From Psychrobacter sp. (GTDB taxonomy: Bacteria > Pseudomonadota > Gammaproteobacteria > Pseudomonadales > Moraxellaceae), in assembly GCF_030457785.1 (NCBI RefSeq), contig NZ_JAKDUI010000001.1, positions 1-42,525 on the forward strand: DNA of 42,525 bases. Direction: 5' to 3'. Positions 38,301 to 42,525 of this stretch are shown here, piece by piece; position 1 is the stretch's first letter; each line of letters opens with the position of its first letter. The position numbers and the translations under genes are program-made. The notes beneath the pieces are model-generated. The model was given only the letters and a program-made list of their open reading frames with translations, made no database searches and was not told the origin of the DNA.

Positions 38301-40751
38301 TTATTTGGTTTTACGTGGTGGCAGTCCAGTATGCTGAGTTTGGAAGTTGCCTTTACTGACTCGTTTTTTGTTACTTTTATTACCAGTGTTTTTGCCTGCT
38401 GTATTAGCGGCATTTTTAGACGGGTGATTACTGCGTTTCGCCGAGTCGTTACCGACACGACTGTTCTTTTTTCGCGCCGATTGATAGCTATTTTGCGTGG
38501 CATCACGACCCTCTAGGTGCGCATTAAATGGCGGTATGAGGCAGCCACGGTTTTTGCCTATCAAGTCGCTACGACCCATATCTTGTAATGCCTTGCGCAA
38601 TAGTACCCAGTTTTTCGGATCGTGATAGCGTAAGAACGCTTTGTGCAATTTGCGCTGCTTGCCTGATTTAACGATATCCATGTCACCTTCACTACGACTG
38701 ACCTTGTGTAGCGGGTCTTTGTGCGTGTGATACATGGTGGTCGCTGTTGCCATTGGGCTCGGATAAAACGCTTGTACTTGATCTGCTCGGTAGTCATTTC
38801 GCTTGAGCCACAGGGCAAGGTTCATCATATCTTCATCTTTGGTGCCAGGGTGGGCAGCGATGAAATAAGGAATCAGATATTGCTCTTTGCCTGCTTCTTG
38901 GCTGTACTGCTCAAACATGGATTTGAACTCATCATAGCTACCCATGCCAGGTTTCATCATTTTTGATAAAACGCCTTCTTCTGAATGTTCAGGGGCGATT
39001 TTTAGATAACCACCGACGTGATGACTGACCAGCTCTTTGACGTACTCAGGGTCTTTGACGGCCAGATCATAGCGCAGCCCCGACGCGATAAGAATTTTTT
39101 TCACGCCTGTGATGTCACGTGCTTTGCGATACAGCTGGGTTAAGTTGCTGTGGTCGGTGAGCAGGTTTTCGCAGATATCAGGATAGACGCAGGACGGTTT
39201 ACGGCAGTTCTTTTCAATGGTTTCGTCTTTACAGTTTAGACGATACATATTGGCGGTAGGACCACCAAGATCAGAGATGACCCCTGTAAAGTTGGGCGCG
39301 GTATCACGAATGGCCTCGACTTCACGCAGGATTGAGTCTTCTGAGCGGTTTTGGATGATACGTCCTTCGTGCTCAGTGATGGAGCAGAACGTACAACCGC
39401 CGAAACAGCCGCGCATGATATTGACAGAGAATTTAATCATGTCATAAGCAGGGATACGCGCATTGCCATAGCTTGGATGCGGCAGGCGAGCATATGGCAA
39501 ATCAAATACGTAATCCATCTCTTCGGTAGAGAGTGGCAGCGGTGGTGGGTTTAACCAAACGTCGATAGCGGTATGCGAGTTGCCTGCGCCACTATTATGA
39601 CGTTGTACCATCGCGCGCGCGTTGCCTGGATTAGTCTCTAGATGCAGGATACGGTTGGCATGGGCGTAGAGCACGGGGTCTGATTTGACATGCTCATAGT
39701 CTGGTAAGCGAATGACCGTTTGTTCGCGAGGTGGCATTTTTAGTTTATGCTTACGCGCTGTTTTTGGTTTATCAAACCCGCGCATTTGTACTACCTGGGT
39801 CTCTTCGTCTACCTGATCGGCATTGATGACTTTATTGGTAACTGGCTCGGCGACGAACCCCTGATATTGAGAGGAGATCGAAGACGTCGCTTGTCCAACG
39901 GGTGAGTCGTCTGGTTGCTCTTGCTCGATTTTGCAACTATCCACGTCTTCGGTCATCACATATGGGTTGATGATTGGATCAACACGACCAACGGTATCGA
40001 CATCATTACTGGCCACTTCAGTCATGTCTGACTGCCAATGACGGCGGCTTGGTGTCAGCAGGTAAGCAGTGCCACGTAGCTTGCTCATTTGCTCAAAAGT
40101 GTAGCCCTTGGATAGACCATGCACCACGTCGACGATAGCACGCTCAGCATTGCCATATAATAAAACATCAGCACGAGCATCGAGTAGTACACTGCGGCGG
40201 ACTTTATCCGACCAGTAGTCGTAGTGCGCGATACGGCGCAAGCTGCCTTCAATACCACCTAAGATAATCGGCACGTCAGGATAGGCTTCACGGCAGCGCT
40301 GGCTATAAACGATGGCGGCACGATCTGGGCGTTTGTTTGCGACATTACCTGGTGAATACGCGTCATCGCTGCGAATCTTGCGATCGGCAGTGTAGCGGTT
40401 GATCATACTGTCCATATTGCCTGCAGTGACACCATAAGCGTAGACAGGTTTGCCGAGTTCCATAAAGGCATCTTTACTCTTCCAGTCCGGCTGGGCGATG
40501 ATACCAACACGAAAGCCTTGCGACTCTAAGAGGCGACCGATGATAGCCATACCAAAACTTGGGTGATCGACATAAGCATCGCCCGATATGATGATCACGT
40601 CACAGGCGTCCCAGCCGAGTGCGTCCATTTCGGCACGACTCATCGGCAGATAGGGTGCAGGCTCGTAGCAGCTTGCCCAGTGTTTGTCGTAATCATAGAG
40701 TGGCTTGGTGCCTTGTTTGAAGGCGGTGCGGGCGATGGTATCAGCTGACAT
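38301..40751 (-). CDS. ygiQ: YgiQ (UPF0313) family radical SAM protein
   Basis: [19 protein letters not shown] (CxxxCxxC), [26 protein letters not shown]. Confidence 0.95.
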   Translation of the reverse strand: MSADTIARTAFKQGTKPLYDYDKHWASCYEPAPYLPMSRAEMDALGWDACDVIIISGDAYVDHPSFGMAIIGRLLESQGFRVGIIAQPDWKSKDAFMELGKPVYAYGVTAGNMDSMINRYTADRKIRSDDAYSPGNVANKRPDRAAIVYSQRCREAYPDVPIILGGIEGSLRRIAHYDYWSDKVRRSVLLDARADVLLYGNAERAIVDVVHGLSKGYTFEQMSKLRGTAYLLTPSRRHWQSDMTEVASNDVDTVGRVDPIINPYVMTEDVDSCKIEQEQPDDSPVGQATSSISSQYQGFVAEPVTNKVINADQVDEETQVVQMRGFDKPKTARKHKLKMPPREQTVIRLPDYEHVKSDPVLYAHANRILHLETNPGNARAMVQRHNSGAGNSHTAIDVWLNPPPLPLSTEEMDYVFDLPYARLPHPSYGNARIPAYDMIKFSVNIMRGCFGGCTFCSITEHEGRIIQNRSEDSILREVEAIRDTAPNFTGVISDLGGPTANMYRLNCKDETIEKNCRKPSCVYPDICENLLTDHSNLTQLYRKARDITGVKKILIASGLRYDLAVKDPEYVKELVSHHVGGYLKIAPEHSEEGVLSKMMKPGMGSYDEFKSMFEQYSQEAGKEQYLIPYFIAAHPGTKDEDMMNLALWLKRNDYRADQVQAFYPSPMATATTMYHTHKDPLHKVSRSEGDMDIVKSGKQRKLHKAFLRYHDPKNWVLLRKALQDMGRSDLIGKNRGCLIPPFNAHLEGRDATQNSYQSARKKNSRVGNDSAKRSNHPSKNAANTAGKNTGNKSNKKRVSKGNFQTQHTGLPPRKTK

Positions 40752-40909
40752 GGGCAGACCTGTTAATTAAAGAGTGGCACTGGAGCTGGCTATTATTAAG
40801 GGACAATAATAGTGGCTAATTTAAAAGTGCTCATTTTAACATGAATCTAACTCATGATGTGATAAAGGATGGCTGCTAAGTTATTGATAGTGTGGGAGTA
40901 TCTACAAAT

Positions 40910-40937
40910 AAAAAGGCTCCTAAAATTTAGAAGCCTT
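40910..40937 (-). terminator. Probable terminator of the upstream lipoprotein gene
   Basis: AAGGCTCCTAAA/TTTAGAAGCCTT stem with a T tract on the minus strand. Confidence 0.65.
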
Positions 40938-41083
40938 CTTGCGTGAATTGTTTTTGGTCGTTCTTTGATTATTTCTGTTTTTCCTTGATTATTTCTTCAA
41001 TTACTTCTGCTGTTCTCTAATTATTGCTGAGAGTATTGCCGGCTTATTTTGCCATTTAGACAGGGTCTGCTGTGTCCAGACAA

Positions 41084-41842
41084 TCAGTCTAATAGTTGAA
41101 GTGGAAAGGTCACCACGTCAAAGGCAAGCGCAAAGGGCAATAAGACCAGTTTATGTGCAGCATTTGAGCCACTGCTAGATACTTGTGTCTGTTCAGTTGT
41201 GCTATAAAAGCTCACTGTGTAGGGCTTGGTTAGTGCTTGGTAATCAGATTGGATTAAGCTTAAATTACTGACTTGCGGGTAAAAAGCGCCTTTGACGGGG
41301 ACGCTAAAACAAAAACGTTGGGCATCGATGCGTTGGTCGCTTTGTGTGGTGCATTCTTGCCCGTTGTTTTGTAAAAAGAATTGATAGTCTGAGCGCTGAA
41401 ACTCGTCTTTTAGCTTGGCATAAGACAGCTTCATCTCTCCCTGAAAATAGCCGTCGTTATTTGGTACATAAAACTCCATCTCATTATCGACTTGAATGTT
41501 TTTTGGTGTCAAATTATTCAGCAGGCTGACCATTTCCGTCCCGCCTTGGGTCAGTACATAGCTGTTTTTTTCACCGACGATCACCATGGTTGCGTTTGGC
41601 GTTTTTGGTAATGCTTGCGCTGGACGGCCAAAAGCAACGATTTGATCTTCGGACAACGTGGTTTTTGTGGTATTGGTGCTGCTATGACTATTATTGTCGT
41701 TTAATAATGAGTTGGTAGCGCAGCCTGAGCTGACAAGTAATGCTGCGAGTGCTGCACTGGCTATTATTGCTTTTGGGTTTACTCGGTTTAAAGCGATGCG
41801 CTTATAAACCTTTTTTTTGGGAGATTTTGTGTTTTTTGTCAT
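41084..41842 (-). CDS. Putative lipoprotein, YidX-like
   Basis: Signal with SSGC lipobox-like Cys; C-terminal LLPFALAFDVVTFPLQ; AAGGA RBS. Confidence 0.75.
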   Translation of the reverse strand: MTKNTKSPKKKVYKRIALNRVNPKAIIASAALAALLVSSGCATNSLLNDNNSHSSTNTTKTTLSEDQIVAFGRPAQALPKTPNATMVIVGEKNSYVLTQGGTEMVSLLNNLTPKNIQVDNEMEFYVPNNDGYFQGEMKLSYAKLKDEFQRSDYQFFLQNNGQECTTQSDQRIDAQRFCFSVPVKGAFYPQVSNLSLIQSDYQALTKPYTVSFYSTTEQTQVSSSGSNAAHKLVLLPFALAFDVVTFPLQLLD

Positions 41843-41990
41843 GGAGTGGCTTCCTTGTCTGTGCTGAGCGCTTGATGTGACTTGTACGGTTCAATACTAA
41901 ACGGTGGTTGGTATATGGATTTTTGAGTATGACTCAACGACTGTTAATTAACAATATTCATTAGCATCAAAGGGTGTGGGTTTGATGGCA

Positions 41991-42041
41991 TTAATCCAAG
42001 AAGACCTTCAACCTAAGAAGACCCTCAATCCAAAAAGACCT
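41991..42041. repeat. Three tandem 17-bp copies of the Lrp gene 3' end
   Basis: TTAATCCAAGAAGACCT / TCAACCTAAGAAGACCC / TCAATCCAAAAAGACCT. Confidence 0.8.
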
Positions 42042-42492
42042 TCGTACCGCTTTTGGTGAAGTTCATGACAAACTGGCTTTTAAAATTGCGCACATTATTC
42101 TCGTAGGTGAGCAGACCGGTTGTGAATTGATGGTAGTCCCTCATGTTTTTGGCATTAACCATCAACATAAAATCAGCATCACCTGATACCTCATAGCAAC
42201 TCATCACCTGTGGTTGGGCGTGCATCAAACGCTCAAACCGATGCTGCATCGATGTGTTTGATCGCTCCATCTCAATCATCACCACAGCGGTCAGCCCGTA
42301 GCCAACTTTATCGGGATCGACAATTGCGACTTGTTTGGTTATCACACCAGTGTTGATAAGCGTTTGAATACGCCGCTGTGCCGTAGCAATAGAGACATGA
42401 ACCCGTTCAGAAACTGTTTTAAGTGGCAGTGATGCGTCGTCTTGCAGCAAGTTTAAAATGGTTTTGTCGATTTCATCTAACGTATGACTCAT
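42025..42492 (-). CDS. Lrp/AsnC family transcriptional regulator
   Basis: LDEIDKTILNLLQDDA N-terminal HTH, VDPDKVG, CYEVSGDADF. Confidence 0.93.
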   Translation of the reverse strand: MSHTLDEIDKTILNLLQDDASLPLKTVSERVHVSIATAQRRIQTLINTGVITKQVAIVDPDKVGYGLTAVVMIEMERSNTSMQHRFERLMHAQPQVMSCYEVSGDADFMLMVNAKNMRDYHQFTTGLLTYENNVRNFKSQFVMNFTKSGTKVFLD

Positions 42493-42525
42493 AGCGTATC
42501 GTCCCTAAAAATAAGAGGTTTAAAT

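Noticed and set aside
38228-38516. ORFs overlapping the ygiQ 3' end, one hydrophobic
   Set aside because: Shadow frames of the Lys/Asn-rich ygiQ tail; the antisense of A-rich codons looks hydrophobic.

Overview
Mostly core chromosome of a Moraxellaceae gammaproteobacterium; gene content, gene order and protein style suggest Psychrobacter (inference). Left to right: a polar amino-acid ABC binding-protein gene that appears to be interrupted by an IS200/IS605 (TnpB-type) element whose right end occupies positions 1-53; HisQ/HisM-type permeases; an FAH-family hydrolase; phoX with a well-placed Pho box; a lipase-like alpha/beta hydrolase; hslO with a sigma32 promoter; gltIJKL; a rubredoxin-reductase-like flavoprotein; an acyl-CoA synthetase plus liuBCDEA leucine/isovalerate operon with a perfect 18-bp palindrome upstream; coaX, birA, a TauE-family exporter; smc-zipA-ligA; lipoproteins; ygiQ; and an Lrp regulator. 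Accessory signal is limited to three places: (1) the IS605-like end at the left edge; (2) a lone AT-rich gene with a HEPN-like motif (AbiJ-like, candidate anti-phage) between the TauE gene and smc; (3) a decayed interval after ligA containing a 132-bp MITE, a 5'-truncated MetE-like gene and an uncalled 56-aa ORF resembling the N-terminus of Abi/DRT-type reverse transcriptases. No rRNA, tRNA or CRISPR array was seen. No complete novel multi-gene system can be demonstrated from this window alone. Family assignments come from motif recognition, not database searches.
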